A stretch of DNA of 64,000 nt. Source: the human T2T-CHM13v2.0 reference genome, Homo sapiens. Made by a program: the position numbers and the translations under genes. Positions 12,661-28,478 of the stretch are shown here, piece after piece. The stretch lies in NCBI RefSeq assembly GCF_009914755.1, contig NC_060925.1; one strand, written 5' to 3'. Numbering within the stretch: position 1 is the stretch's first letter; each line of letters starts with the position of its first letter. The notes under the pieces are model-generated. The model ran no database searches. It saw only the letters and a program-made list of their open reading frames with translations, and was not told where the DNA came from.

Positions 12661-15600
12661 TAATATTTTGAGAGCCAAATCTGATGCTTTTATTGGAATG
12701 TGCTAGATCTGAAAATGCTAGAAGCAGGGATGGAAGGCAAGTTTCATCTGCATGGGGACCCAACTTCGGAGATCCTGTTGCTCTAGGGACCCTGAATAAT
12801 GAGGCAAGTATTTTGCCTTCTTTGGGCCACCATTTCCTTAGCCATAGGTGAGGGGTAGGAAGGGAGTAAGGGAAGCGGAGTTTAGAAATAATCTGTCCCT
12901 GAGTCCCATTCAGCATGGACTGCCTATGATTCTAAAATAATTGGAAATTTTTAAAAAAAAATTTAAATAATAAAAACAAAAAGTTTCTGGAATCAAAGAA
13001 ATAGCCCCTGACTACACAGCTTGAAATGGACCCTACAGGCAAGGAGAGGAGGGCCCAAGGCACAGGACTGAGCTGCAGTTTTGTAGTTTGCAAAGAAAGC
13101 AACCCTCTGCTTTGCTTTAGATGGCCTCCGAGGCCAGTTCTTTGGGCAGAATCCAGAAACAGGAAGAAGTTGCAGAAGAGAAGAGGCAAAGAAACAAAGA
13201 AAGGACTTGTCTGAGAAAAGCAGCCAAGAGCAGCATACATGTCAGGGACAGTGAGGGTGCTGAGCGGCAGATACTACCCTCGTGGGTATCCTCCCTCAGT
13301 TGAGGCTCTTCCCCTCTCCCAGTTTTTCTTACCCCCAGTGGCACAGATTGCCTTTGGAGAGAGCTGACCTGGGAGAAAGAAAGTCCACTTTTGAGTTTCT
13401 AAAGCCTAGGCCAGGGCACGAGAGAGATATGAAAGCATAAGTGGTGAATATCCTCCCATCTGGAGGGAAGAAAAGAGAGTAAGAGGGAAAACAGAGAAAA
13501 TGTGGATGCCAGAGCACCCTGGACCCTGCATTACCCCAAGAGACTTTGGGGGATTCCAGCCCATGGATGACCTGAGAGATGCAGGAGGATCCCCAGAGTC
13601 CCATGTGTCTGGCATGACCCAGCAGCAGGAGAAATGTCTGAGCTAGAAGTGGATAGGCCTGGGTTGGCCTCACAGGGTTCCCTGTGCCAAGCATGAAGTC
13701 AGAACATAGAGTGTCCTCAGGCACCCAGAGGGCCCCATGATGGTGTGGGAGCTGTGGATGCTTCCCACGAGCCCAGGCATCTGTCACACATGTGTTTCCT
13801 GCCATTGCACAGATCGTGCCATAGGTGGTGGCAAGAAGACGCCTTATAATTGGGGCCAAGGAGCACATAGCAGTCACATATACAGCCTGTAGACAAAAGT
13901 CAAGATGGAGAGAGAGATCTTCAGGAAATGAGGCCAGTATGGCTCATGGATGACACAAGGCCCAGTGGTGTCCAGTCCTGGCACTTGTTCATAATCACAG
14001 ACATTTCATTTATACAACCCTATGATCCATTGGGTGTGGCCAAGCTGGAAACAAAGAAACTGAAATGACCACACATGGCCACAGGATTTCTCTCCTCTGG
14101 TCGCCACAGACCAATGGAGGAGACAGACCTCCCGAGAAGGGTGGGCATGGGGTGCCATGATAGACGTAGCAAGCAGGAACAGGGGTTGGGGTCACCATGT
14201 GAATGAGAGAGAAACAGGCACTGAAGCTGCAGGAGCCTGGGGGACAATTGTGCATGCCAGGCACCTAGAAAGCAGGAAGAGGGGAGATAGCAGATGAAAA
14301 CACACACACTAATCCAATGCCCATCTCCATAAAAAGCAGTGGCTCATGGGACAACCAAGAGAGCTCCTCTGACTTCCTGCCCAAGCAAGAGCATAACTAG
14401 GTGATGGGGGCAGAGGCTCTGAGGAGCCCAGGCAAGAGCTCAGCACAGCTTTGCTAAGGTTCGCCTCTGGAAGCAGCCACCTCTGGGAATTTCCCTGGTA
14501 TCTGTTTGGGCAGAGACTGAAACTGAACTGAACCATTAATAGCCTGTGATCATCCTCCCAAACTCCCCCCAAACCTTAATTCTTTTGCACTAAACCAAAG
14601 ATGGTTTTGTTTTAACATCTGATTCACCGGACTCAACTAAAAAATGAAAGAGCTGAACCAAAGGAGCAGAATAATCCCAGCACCTGCAGCAAACTGTTCA
14701 TCCATCCAGCTCCATTCCCTGGGCAGGGCAGGTTCCCCTAAGGCATTGTTCTATTGGGAAGAAGGCCCATGAGAGGCCAGAGCAGGGAGAGGCATGCAGT
14801 GGCATGATCCAGAGGGAAAAGGAAGAGAAAGTAACCATCCGAGTACTCCCCACTCTTGGAAGAGCCAATAGACAAAATCCAGATGAGCTTATGAGTAATG
14901 GATGTCCTATGTGCCACAGGGTGTTACAGGCAGATGCTGAGGGAGGGGTGCAGCCAACGTAAGGAGAAATGCAAATAAAGATCAGGCTTGGGGGCAGGGG
15001 TCTGATGATGCCCCCAAAACGCCAGTCAGCAGGGACTCTGACATTTAAAGAGGCACCATAACCACTTGAGCCAAATCTCTTTTCACTCAGTGTGCCCAAT
15101 GTGATATTTAAACAGAAATGTCGCCCTCACTGCATTTATGCCCCTCCAACCCTTCAGAATTGGGTCTGCTGTCCAAATGGCTCATGTGTGTCCACCTTCC
15201 AGAGCCAAAGTGAAAATTTCTGATAAAAACAGAAAAAGGTAAATTTCGGCTTTATGAACTCAGGATTAAATCAGGCCAGGCCTTTCTGTGAAATGTGAAC
15301 CCTGTAATGCTGAGAAATTGAAAAAGCCCTTGCTTTTTGAAGCTCTGGCCTATCTTTAATTGAACCTTTTGCATGAAATCATGAACCATGGCCGATGCCA
15401 TGAAACAACTCAAGGAAGAAACCAGCAAAGCAACTGGCTTTGAACTGAGACCTGCGAACTGAGAACCGCCTACAGTCCGTAAAAGACCAGCCTGGGCCCT
15501 TGGGTTGCCCTCATCCTGTTTTAGAATCGTCTCTTTTCTTTGAAAACTGGGGAAAGGGAGGAAGTGTGGTTACTGAGGATTAAGCTTGAGTCGACCTTGA

Positions 15601-16826
15601 GTTAGGGGTCAAGTTACCACATCATGGTTTGGGTCAGAACTGATTATTTTTGGCAAATGTACACCAAAAAATCACATTTTTTAAGTGGATAAAAGTGCAC
15701 CATAGGAAAAAATTCATTTTCGGAGACATCAGCACATTTCAGTGAGTACTGTGGCTAAATTTGAAAGAATGTGAACTTTTGAGATTACTAATATACATCC
15801 AAATGTGTGTTAGGGAATGTACATTGAGCTCTGTTATTCCTAATCTTTTACACAGGCCCTCTCCACCAAATTTCATAGACACATTAGAAAAAGGAAAGCC
15901 ACTCACACTCCTGCTTGCATAGAAGTCCCCTGCCTTTTGCCAATGAGCTTTTCTGCTCCCAGATCAACTTGATTAAGTAAGATATAATTTTCTGCTTCTC
16001 TCTCCTGGCATAGGCACGGCTGTATAATGTCTTCGTTCTCCCCAGTGAGATGCCTGTAACTGACCTAACTTAAAGAGAAATATGTTCTGCCTCCCATCTT
16101 CAGAGGAAGAAACCCTCTGAGACCTACATGTGATTTGTCTTGTTGCCTGCAAAAGTTTGCTCTTTATGGTGACAGCTAGGCTTGCTTGGGAGATTTGAAC
16201 AGATACAGCTTCTTGGTGCAGCTGCCTCTGCTCTCCTAATTTGATCCTGAGCCTAACAATTACAGTTATCAAGGAGCCAGCTCTTCCAAAAGGTTTCCTG
16301 CAAATCACGTCATCATCTGTGATGTGTACAATTTGGTCTCTTGGATTATGCAATGATTCTGGGTGTTGTTTTAAAGCCTGACTTTAATAAAAAGCCTGAG
16401 AAAAGAACAAATGCAAATGGGTGTTGACGTGGACTGCCCATCCTCTGGCACCAGCAGTAGAATACAGACAGTACCTACAGCAACACAATAGATAATGCAT
16501 CTGCAATTACCGGGATACTTAACATGTGTTGTATAACTCATCGGAGAAAATATAGATCTTTTGTGTGTGTTTCAGATGTAGAAGGAATGAATGAATCACA
16601 GGTCATAAACTCAGGCGTGGGACAAGTATCAGATCTTTGTATTTTCTTCCAAGCAGCTTAATTTCAATCGTGACTACTCCATGCCAACAGGTAGGCAGGA
16701 AATTCCACCTCATTGATTCTCTGGGTGCCCCTGTTCCCACCCAGAGGGTCTTTCTCTAGCACCAAGGTGCTGGGAGGGCTCCCTGTCCGCCTGTAATTCC
16801 CCCAACTCCCCAGCATGTACGAGCTA

Positions 16827-16860
16827 TGAGTCACTAGGCCACACTGGTTGCCATGGAGAC
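16827..16860. promoter_or_regulatory. AP-1 site plus RFX X-box (candidate enhancer)
   Basis: TGAGTCA at 16827-16833 and GTTGCCATGGAGAC at 16847-16860, in non-repeat DNA. Confidence 0.45.
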
Positions 16861-17760
16861 ACTCATCGTCCTAGTCTACTGGTCCCTCCAGGTTGAGGCT
16901 GCGGCTTCCACACCAGGCATGGAGGCTTCAGGATCTTGGTGAGGCTGGGAGGCACCTCACCCTTCCCCACTGGCATCCTCACCAACCCCCTGAGCCTGGC
17001 CAGAGAGCAGGGTGCTGCCTCCCCTAGCTGTCAGAATACTTTTTGGCTCCCAGTCCAGGGCAATAAACTTTTCTTCAAAGGTTCTCTCGCTCTTCATGTC
17101 CCTCCCAGAGTTGCTCCCTCTCCACCAAACCCATCCACCTCTGTGATTGTAAGCTTTGGCAAACCAAGGCCAGAAAGGGAGCTGTCCAGTGGGCAGCTCC
17201 AACTCTCCACCCTGCCTGGAGCCTCCCAGCTCGGAGCTTGTGGCCTACCAGAGACATGGAAAGGGCGGAAATAAAGAAAAGCAATGCCCAAATAGATACA
17301 AATGTGTCCCATCCCTGCAAATGTCACAAAGTCATGAATAATTACCACGAGGGACACTTCCCCAGCTTTTTTGCTGCTCCATCACCAGCAGCCCTCTAGT
17401 GAATCCCAGCACTTCCTTCACTTTCTCTCCTAGTTCCATTCCCAAGCCAATATTTCTTTGTACATTCCAGCTGCCTTCTGAATCCCTTACTTCCTCTTCA
17501 GTGTTCCCACGCAGGTGACAGCAGGAAGAAGCATGGTCTGGTTGATCCGATGGTACATGAAGCTAATGGCCATGAGCCTCCCATGTGGTCCTGGGGCTGC
17601 ACAGAATGTGCTGGTGGCCACAGGAAGGCTCAGAGACCATGATGTTGAGGAAGGGGCTCGAGGGGGCTTACAGACATGGCAGAGACACATGAGATGGAAT
17701 AAAAATGCCACATATGTCAGTCAAATTGAATAGCTAAGGGAGAGCGAGGTGTTGTTTTGA

Positions 17761-18264
<504 letters not shown>

Positions 18265-19121
18265 TAAAAACAAAAGATTAGACCAATTTATCACCAGGCT
18301 CTCTTTGACTCTGAGGGTCTTTGACGCTAATTGATTTTTTAAAAATAAACAATATTTTAAACACTATTTTATGGTGATTAAGGTACTTGCTCATTATCTA
18401 ATGGCCAACCTGGATGAATTTAACCCCCCAGGCATGTCAGTCTGCCACGACTGTGCTTTCACCGTTCGACTCCATAAAACCCAGCAAACTTCATGTATAT
18501 TAAAGTTTAATAGCAGCTCAAGAGTGAGAAGCTGAAAGAAATGTGAACAGTACCTAAGGGGTGTTTTATTCATGTTGATTCTCATATGTATGATAAATAG
18601 TTCCTGTGCCTGATTTCGTGATGAGAACAGGTTCTTTAAAACACCAGCAAAGGAAGCCCATAAGGAAAACAGAAATCATCTACCATAAAGAAAAAGCCAA
18701 AATATTCATATATTTCTTTGGAGACCCAGCAAGGTCTGGAGAGAGCCAGACATTTGCACCTTGGCTAGATGTATTTAACACCAGTGATCTACTCCAAACC
18801 CCATGTGGGGCAGGATGCCAGCAAGACAGCATGGATTTTGGATAGCAGCTCACCCAGGAAGGACACTCAGGTTCAGAGCAGATGACACATGGACATATGT
18901 ATCAGGGTTGTCCCATGTATATGTATGGACGTGTGTTTGAATATGTGCATGCATGCATGTATGTGTATGTAACAGAATAGAGTGTAAATGTACATATTGT
19001 ACAAATGTGCAAATGTAAGCAAGCTATTCTTAGCTTGCCAGCCATACAGAATTAGCTTGCCAATTATGCAAACTGTGCTCTAATAGGTAGTTTGTGCATT
19101 AATTTCTTTTTTATCATGTAG

Positions 19122-19450
19122 AACATAAATTACCAACTTTTTTCTGTAAAGGGCCAGTTACTGTGTGAGGCTTTTGAACCATGAGGTGTCTGTTGCAACT
19201 ACTCAGCTGGCCGTTGCAGAGTAAAAGCAGACTTAGACAACACATAAACAAATGAGCATGCTTGTGTTCCGATAAAACTTTATTTATGCACACTGAAATT
19301 TGAATTTCATATAACATTTGCATGTCAAACAATATTATGATCCTTTTGATTTTTTTCAACAATTTAAAAATGCAAACACTATTCTTAGCTTGCCAGCCAT
19401 ACATAAACAGGTGACAGGCTGGATTTGGCCAAGGGCCACAGTTTGCAATA
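19122..19450. mobile_element. MER58B DNA transposon
   Basis: 'aactttttctgtaaagggccag', 'ataaaactttatttatgcacactgaaatttgaatttcatata', 'ggatttggccaagggccacagtttgc'. Confidence 0.88.
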
Positions 19451-20994
19451 TTTAATTTAGAATGCATTTCCCATAGGAAAAAAAATGATTGTAAATGTTG
19501 TTTGGCTTACCAGATCAATCCACAAAAGTCAATTCAATCCATAAAGAATCAAAATATGGCATATATAGCATGAATATTTATGCTAGCTACTGTTAGTGCT
19601 CTCGATAATCATGAATTTCTTTAATACTCAGTGCAATCCTATGGGGAAACAGGTTTAGAGAGTTTGAGTGACTTTCCTATCTCAGCTAAGAAGCTGAATA
19701 CCTGGGATTTAAACCAAGGTCTTGGGATCTCAGAGCTGTGTTATTCACAGCAAAAGAACCCCACTTGCTCATAAATTAGGGGGATGATGCCTGGTACCTA
19801 GGGAATCCTCAATGGATCTCCGCTACCAGCATTGTCGTCATTATGACTAAGTGTACTACTTCAACTCTACTAAATCAACATTTATGATACCATTTCCTAA
19901 ACCTGGGTCTCAACCTGGGATGCCCCCACATTTTTCCCTTCCCTGGCTTTGAAGCCCTCCTCATTGTCATTTAGCAAGAGAGAAAGGGAATTCTCCTAAG
20001 TAGGTACGATTGACTCTTTAATTTTACACATTTTTGCCTCTACATAAGAGCAGATGTGCCAATCATTTCCCATTTGCTCCAAGGGAACAAGGGTGAAAGA
20101 GGACTCCCTTTGCAGCAGAGTCTGGGGCAGCCATATTTGGGCCTCTTTGTTGCCCATTCATGTTTCAGAGCCAGTCATGCATCAGAGGATCAAGGTGACA
20201 TGCGTAGACCTGGGTTACAGCCATGTGCCAAGTGCCCCGGAGGTTTGAAATAAAACATTTCCCCATCCATCTGCATCATCAGTAATATTTTAGTAGCCAC
20301 GTAAGCTACAAAGTTTGCTGAGAACAAAGAACCCTCCGGGTCATCTATAGCTGAAATTGACAAATTGAAATAGACAAAGATGTAAGTGAATATTTTTGTT
20401 CCTCCTTCATTCTTATCTCCCTGCTCTTGACTTCAGCCATTTTCCAGTTTCATAGTGGTCCATATTTTTAAACACATCCCTTGCACCGTCTCTCTGGATA
20501 TCAAAACCTCATTCCCCTGGGACCATTTTCATACATCAAGAAACCACTTCATAGTAAGGTACAGATACTTCATTAAACATGAGGTGTTCTCCCCCACTGC
20601 TCAATGTCCCCCTTTTGTATCCATCTTGAAAGAGATCACCTGTCACCCAGAAGCGATTCTCTCCTGGTGTAATTTGGGCAACAGGACAGGCCACCAGAGG
20701 AGATGTTATAGTGCGGAGTTCTTGCTAACATCTTTCTGACAATAGCATCTGATTTGCCTATGCCTAAATTCAATCCTCCTCTTATAGGTAGTTAATTAAA
20801 TTATAAACTAAAATGCTTGTGGACCAGTACCTATTATTGCATAAGAAACATCCCCGAATTCAATGGATTAAAACGATGTATTATCATGTCTCATAGTTGG
20901 ACTTGTTTAAGCTCATCTGGGTGGTCCTCACTTGGGGTCATTCATGAAGTCGTAGTCAGACTGCTGCTGGGCCTGGAGTCATCTAAAGACTTCC

Positions 20995-21730
<736 letters not shown>

Positions 21731-21793
21731 CTTCATTCACTTGTCTGGTGCCTGGGCGGGGATAGAAGGAATAGTAGTGTCTGGTCTAGAATC

Positions 21794-21794
<1 letters not shown>

Positions 21795-21849
<55 letters not shown>

Positions 21850-21870
21850 GTACCTACCTACCTATCTATC
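21795..21870. repeat. (TATC)13 TATG (TACC)3 (TATC)2 compound tetranucleotide STR
   Basis: Read directly. Confidence 0.95.
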
Positions 21871-21938
21871 TTCCTCTCCACTCTATGCAGCCTCTCCATG
21901 TGGTTAGCACAGGCTTCCTCACAGTATAGCAACTCATG

Positions 21939-22175
<237 letters not shown>

Positions 22176-22298
22176 TTATTTTCACATTTACTGAGAATCT
22201 GCCACACGCTGACCTCTAGTTCTAGTTCTTGGAACTACAAAGAACACTCCTCCTACCTATCCACGTGATGACCTTTCATATTTTTAAAGACAGCCCCC

Positions 22299-22678
<380 letters not shown>

Positions 22679-22681
22679 TCA

Positions 22682-23149
<468 letters not shown>

Positions 23150-24214
23150 CTATCCAATGGAAGCATCATGTGTCTCTGAGGGGGGATTAGGATTGTGATT
23201 TGGATTCATGCAAAGAGAACGAAAGAGTCACTGTGCAACTTCTGACGTCCAGTTTCAGATGTTTTAGCCCACAGTAAATAACGATCTTGGAATGTGCACT
23301 TTGTGTGAGAGAAGAGTGTCTTGTAGATTCCAGAACACCAAGCATGTTGGATTCAGAGCATGAGGTTTTCTTGAAGCCAGTGTGGAGAGGACAGAAAAAA
23401 TGAGGGAGGAGACATTCTCAGCAGTCAGGAAGAGAAAGGCTGCCCCAATAGAGGAGAAGGAAAGAGAAAGGAGAACCAGTGAATAGTGGACACACCTCCT
23501 GGGATTAGAAACAGCCAGATGAGGGTGGAGAAATGCCAGGCCTCACTGCTCATCCTTGCTGCTCAGGCACGGACCAGGGCATTGCAAGCCCTGTTGGAGA
23601 CACTCCATGTTCTATGTGGCATGACTTGGGCAGAAGGTTAAATATGATCACAGAAGATACCCAGGTGAGTGGACCAGGGGCTGCTTATGGAGCCACATGC
23701 TTTTATGACAAAAGCACCTGGGCAGCCCAAGAGAACTTGCAGAACACAGCATAGGAAAGGTGGGCTCTCATAACCAAATCCTGTGGCAGGGATCACAGAC
23801 TTCAGTGGCAGGTGATAGCACAGTATCCAAAGTACCCAGATGGCACCAGCTGCTCTCTGGAGCACCTAATACTGGAATCGCAGGGGCCAGGGGAAGCCAG
23901 TGATCCTGAACGGAAACCAGCAAAAAGGCAGAGGACAGTAGAGAGACCACCTTCCCCCAGTGCCAGGAGGGCAGGTGGGCTTCCTTCTACCAAGACACAT
24001 TCCAGGAAGAGAAAACGGGAGCAGGAAATACAGTGAAAAACTTAACACCCAAAGCAGACTGAGCTCACCCCAAAGAGCCCGCTCTAATCCAGGAGAGTCT
24101 GAGCCACCTCTAACAGGGAGGGTGTAGGTTTTATCCGTCTCTGCCATCAGTGGACTGCAGCCTTCCTAAGCCAGAAAAGGACATTTGAAGAAAGCTACAT
24201 TTTCTTTACACATC

Positions 24215-24942
24215 TCGATTTGGTTTGGATGTGTGTCTCCTCCAAATCTCATGTTGAAATGTGATCCCCAATGTTGGAGGTGGGGCCTGGTGGGAGGTGT
24301 TTTGGTCATGGGGGCAAATTCCTCATGAATGCCTTGGTGCCCTCCCCATGGTAATGAGTGAGTTGTCACTCTGAGTTCACCTGACTTCCGGTTGTTTAAA
24401 GAGCCTGGCACCTCCTCCTCTCTCTCTCTCTCGCTCCCTTTCTCACGATGCAATGTGCCTGATCCCCCTTCACCTTTTGCCATGAGTGGAAGCTTCCTGA
24501 GGCCTCCCCAGAAGCAGATGTCATCACCATGCTTCCTGTACAGTCTGCAGAAATGTGAGCCAATTAAACCTCTTTTCCTTATAAATTACCCAGTCTCTGG
24601 TCAGGCATGGTGGTTCATGCTTGTAATCCCAGCACGTTGGGAGGCTGAGGCAGGAGGATCACTTGAACCCAGGAATTTGAGACTTGGGCAACATGGCGAA
24701 ACCTTGTCTCTACAAAAAATTAGCCAGGCATAGTGCTGTGCACCTGTAGCCCCAGCTACTCAAGAGGCTGAAGTGGGAGGATCACCTGAGCCTGGGAGGT
24801 CTAGGCTGCACCGAGCTGTGATCGCACCACTGCACTCAAGCCTGGGTGACAGAGTGAGACCCTGTCTCAATCAATGAGTCAATGAATCAATCAGTAACCC
24901 AGCCTCAGGTATTTCTTTATAGCAACACAAAAATGGACTGAC
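24215..24942 (+). mobile_element. MST solo LTR interrupted by AluJ
   Basis: 'ggtttggatgtgtgtctcctccaaatctcatgttgaaatgtgatccccaatgttggaggtgggg' ... 'cagcctcaggtatttctttatagcaac'. Confidence 0.88.
24599..24895 (+). mobile_element. AluJ
   Basis: 'gggaggatcacctgagcctgggagg'; tail converted to (TCAA)n-like. Confidence 0.88.
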
Positions 24943-26254
24943 GCGCATCTCAATTGCAGAGTGTAAACATCCCATCCACTACAGAGCCCAAGACTCAGCT
25001 GTGCAAATTGTCACTTATGGAAACTTCTATGAGCAGATCCAAGCAAATCTATCTTGAGCTGAACTTTTCCCAGTCCGCCAAAGATCAAAACAGTCATAGA
25101 ATGCCCTCTCCCATATACTGGAGATCCCATGAGATTACCCAAGTAAGCCAACAGGAAGCCGAAAATGTGTGTTCTCACTTCTATGCAGATTGATCACTGT
25201 ATTCGCAAACCCCACCATCATTACTCTCACTAGACAATGGCACAAGAACTCGGCAGAACCCATCAGGATCACGTTGTGGGGACCAGCATTTTAACTGGGT
25301 CTTGGCTTTGGGAAGGCTCTCAGGGAGAGGGTGTAGAATGTGGGGAAGGACTAGAGGGGCTTGGGGATTGTGGGGTTGGGATACAGTGGAAAGATGTGGT
25401 TGACAGCCTGGGTTTGGGTCCCAAATTGCTAAATGCAAAACCTTGGTTAATTTACTTTATCTTCCCAAGCTTCTCAATTTTTCTTATCTGTACAATATTT
25501 CATCATCATTATTGCTGTTCAAACCACCAGACATGTTCGACTGAACAGCAAGGGAAGCTTTGAAATGGAAACTAATATTAGCAACAAAGATTTCTATGGG
25601 AGTCTTACTATTTGCAAAATGTTTCCACGTATATTTTTTTCCTTAAAGCATTTTAGGCAGTGATTTTTCAAACTCTGCTCACTGAATCCCCAAAGTCCCT
25701 GGAGCCTCCCCGCGGGAGAGAGGACCAAGGTAGGGAAGGTGCTGGGATGTGCTGGACTCCCATCTCTCATTTTGATTTTAATCTGAATGATGGTATGAGT
25801 TTCACTGGTTTCACGTGCTCTTTTTTCATAGAATGGATTCCCGGCTTAAGACAAAAGAAGTTGGAAACTCACTGATTCCAAGAAAGTGGTGCAAGAAGGA
25901 AGGTGGTGACTGTTGTGGGCATGACAGCCTCCCCTCTTGCTCAGAATGGTTCACCCATCCTGCTCTTTCTTTCCCCGCTGCTTCTTGACTCCCTGGGTCA
26001 CAGCTCAGCTACTAGAAACAATGTCCCATCCACCCCCTCCAAAGCCCAGAGTCCAGGGTCCTCACCCTAGTTCACCAAAACCCCAGACCCGCCCTCACTC
26101 GTGATGCTTAAGTCCTGTCATGACTCAGACAGGCATTGGAGAGATGATAAAATTCACAGTCCGAGGACATTCCGGAGACTTGCTGCCTTACTTCCAAAGG
26201 GCAATGATTGTCATTATGCTAACTGCTTTCCTGGTCAAAAAACATGTGTTTTTA

Positions 26255-26849
26255 TTATTATTATTATTATTATTATACTTTAAGTTTTAGGGTACATGTG
26301 CACAATGTGCAGGTTTGTTACATATGTATACATGTGCCATGTTGGTGTGCTGCACCCATTAACTGGTCATTTAGCATTAGGTATATCTCCTAATGCTATC
26401 CCTCCCCCCTCCCCCCACCCCACAACAGTCCCTAGAGTGTAATGTTCCCCTTCCTGTGTCCATGTGTTCTCATTGTTCAATTCCTACCTATGAGTGAGAA
26501 CATGCAGTGTTTGGTTTTTTTGTCCTTGTGATAGTTTGCTGAGAATGCTGGTTTCCAGTTTCATCCATGTCCCTACAAAGGACATGAACTCATCATTTTT
26601 TATGGCTGCATAGTATTCCATGGTGTATATGTGCCACATTTTCTTAATCCAGTGTACTGTTGTTGGACATTTGGGTTGGTTCCAAGTCTTTGCTATTGTG
26701 AATAGTGCTGCAATAAACATACGTGTGCATGTGTCTTTATAGCAACATGATTTATAATCCTTTGGGTATATACCCAGTAATGGGATGGCTGGGTCAGATG
26801 GTATTTCTAGTTCTAGATCCCTGAGGAATCGCCACACTGACTTCCACAG
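26255..26849 (-). mobile_element. L1PA (PA3/PA4-like) 5'-truncated 3' end, including the ORF2 C-terminus
   Basis: ORF 26484-26993 contains L1 ORF2p 'WKSVWRFLRDLELEIP.DPAIPLLGIYPKDYKSCCYKDTCTRMFIAALFTIAKTWNQPKCP'; TSD aaaaacatgtgttttta at 26238-26254 and 26850-26866. Confidence 0.95.
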
Positions 26850-28139
26850 AAAAACATGTGTTTTTAGAAAGCCTAATTCCTCTCCTTTCTCCAAAATGAG
26901 AATCAAGTTATAACTGTGGCCCAGCACCTTGAGAGCTTTCCCCGTTTTTATACTTCGTAGAATCCTTAATAATACAAAAATTGCCCAGAGCATTTCACAC
27001 TGAGTTATGAAGTCATTAACATTTCTGGGATAAACACAGTACCCCAGGACAAGTTATTAGACATAGAGTAGTGGGGGGAAAATGAGATACATTGAAAAGG
27101 CTCCATGTCTAGCAACTAGAGACAGAAAAATTCACCTGTTTCTAGTTAAAGGCAGCAGAAACTTCTCTCCAAATCCCACATGCAGGCAGGGTAGTCTTTT
27201 CTCAGCCAACCAACTTGGCATATTGGATATTGGTAGATTTTGAAGAATCAGCACCTTCCTGTCCCAAGGCCAGCAATCTTTCCAAACTCACGGCTCTGCA
27301 TCTGCCTCAAGGTTCCCAGTATTTATGATTGTGTCGGCAACAGGATGGCTGTTCCCCCACATCACAGTCTAGCAGACCCATAATAAATTTTATCTGGCTG
27401 CACTGTTTGCTTTTAACTTAGCAGAGGGATCCATCCCGTTTGCTCCTTGCTTGCCCCCCACCCACCCCACATCTCCTGTGTCCACCTGTCCTTCACAATT
27501 TTGCTCAGGTGTCACGTGCTTCATGGAGATTTCCAGTCTACAATCCACAATTTCTCTCCTTTTGATAAATGACTCTGGTATATTTTACCGACATTTTTGT
27601 TGGGAGACTTAAGCAAACAGTACCTTGATTATTCTCTAATTCTTTGACCTGTCTGCTCACATACAAGAGTCAGGGTTATAGAAGGAATCTGAGGGATTAT
27701 TATCCAAACTTGCAAAGAAACATCCTTGCCTCTCTGACTGCATCCCCAGCTAATAAAGATAGGCACTCATAAAGTTTATAAATGATCTCAAAAGTTCTAT
27801 TTCTTTATGAGTTTTCCTTAGCCTAAACCGTCCTGGGGTTGAGTCCTGCTCAGTACCCAATGAAACCCTTTCTGAAAAGATGAGACCAAGGACGGAGGTG
27901 CATCCAGGCAAGAATAACCCCACTCTCCCATCCTGAATCTGCAGCAGACACTAAGGATTCACACAATGCCCTTTCCTTCTGAGGCTAGACTCAGCTTTGG
28001 AAAACTTCTCATTAAACTTCTCCAACAGGCCATTTCCAATTGCTGTTGACACATGAATAGAAACATATATTCCATGTCCAGGGCAGTCTGTGGGAAGCAA
28101 TTCAACTCCAAATGCATGTGATTCTTGAAACATCCATTA

Positions 28140-28478
<339 letters not shown>

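Noticed and set aside
13329-13877. Longest ORF (182 aa) and surrounding GC-richer 13.3-14.6 kb
   Set aside because: No recognisable domain; may be an old LTR-like repeat that I cannot assign
26484-26993. 169-aa ORF
   Set aside because: Chance in-frame fusion of flank with the L1 ORF2p C-terminus of a truncated L1; not a gene
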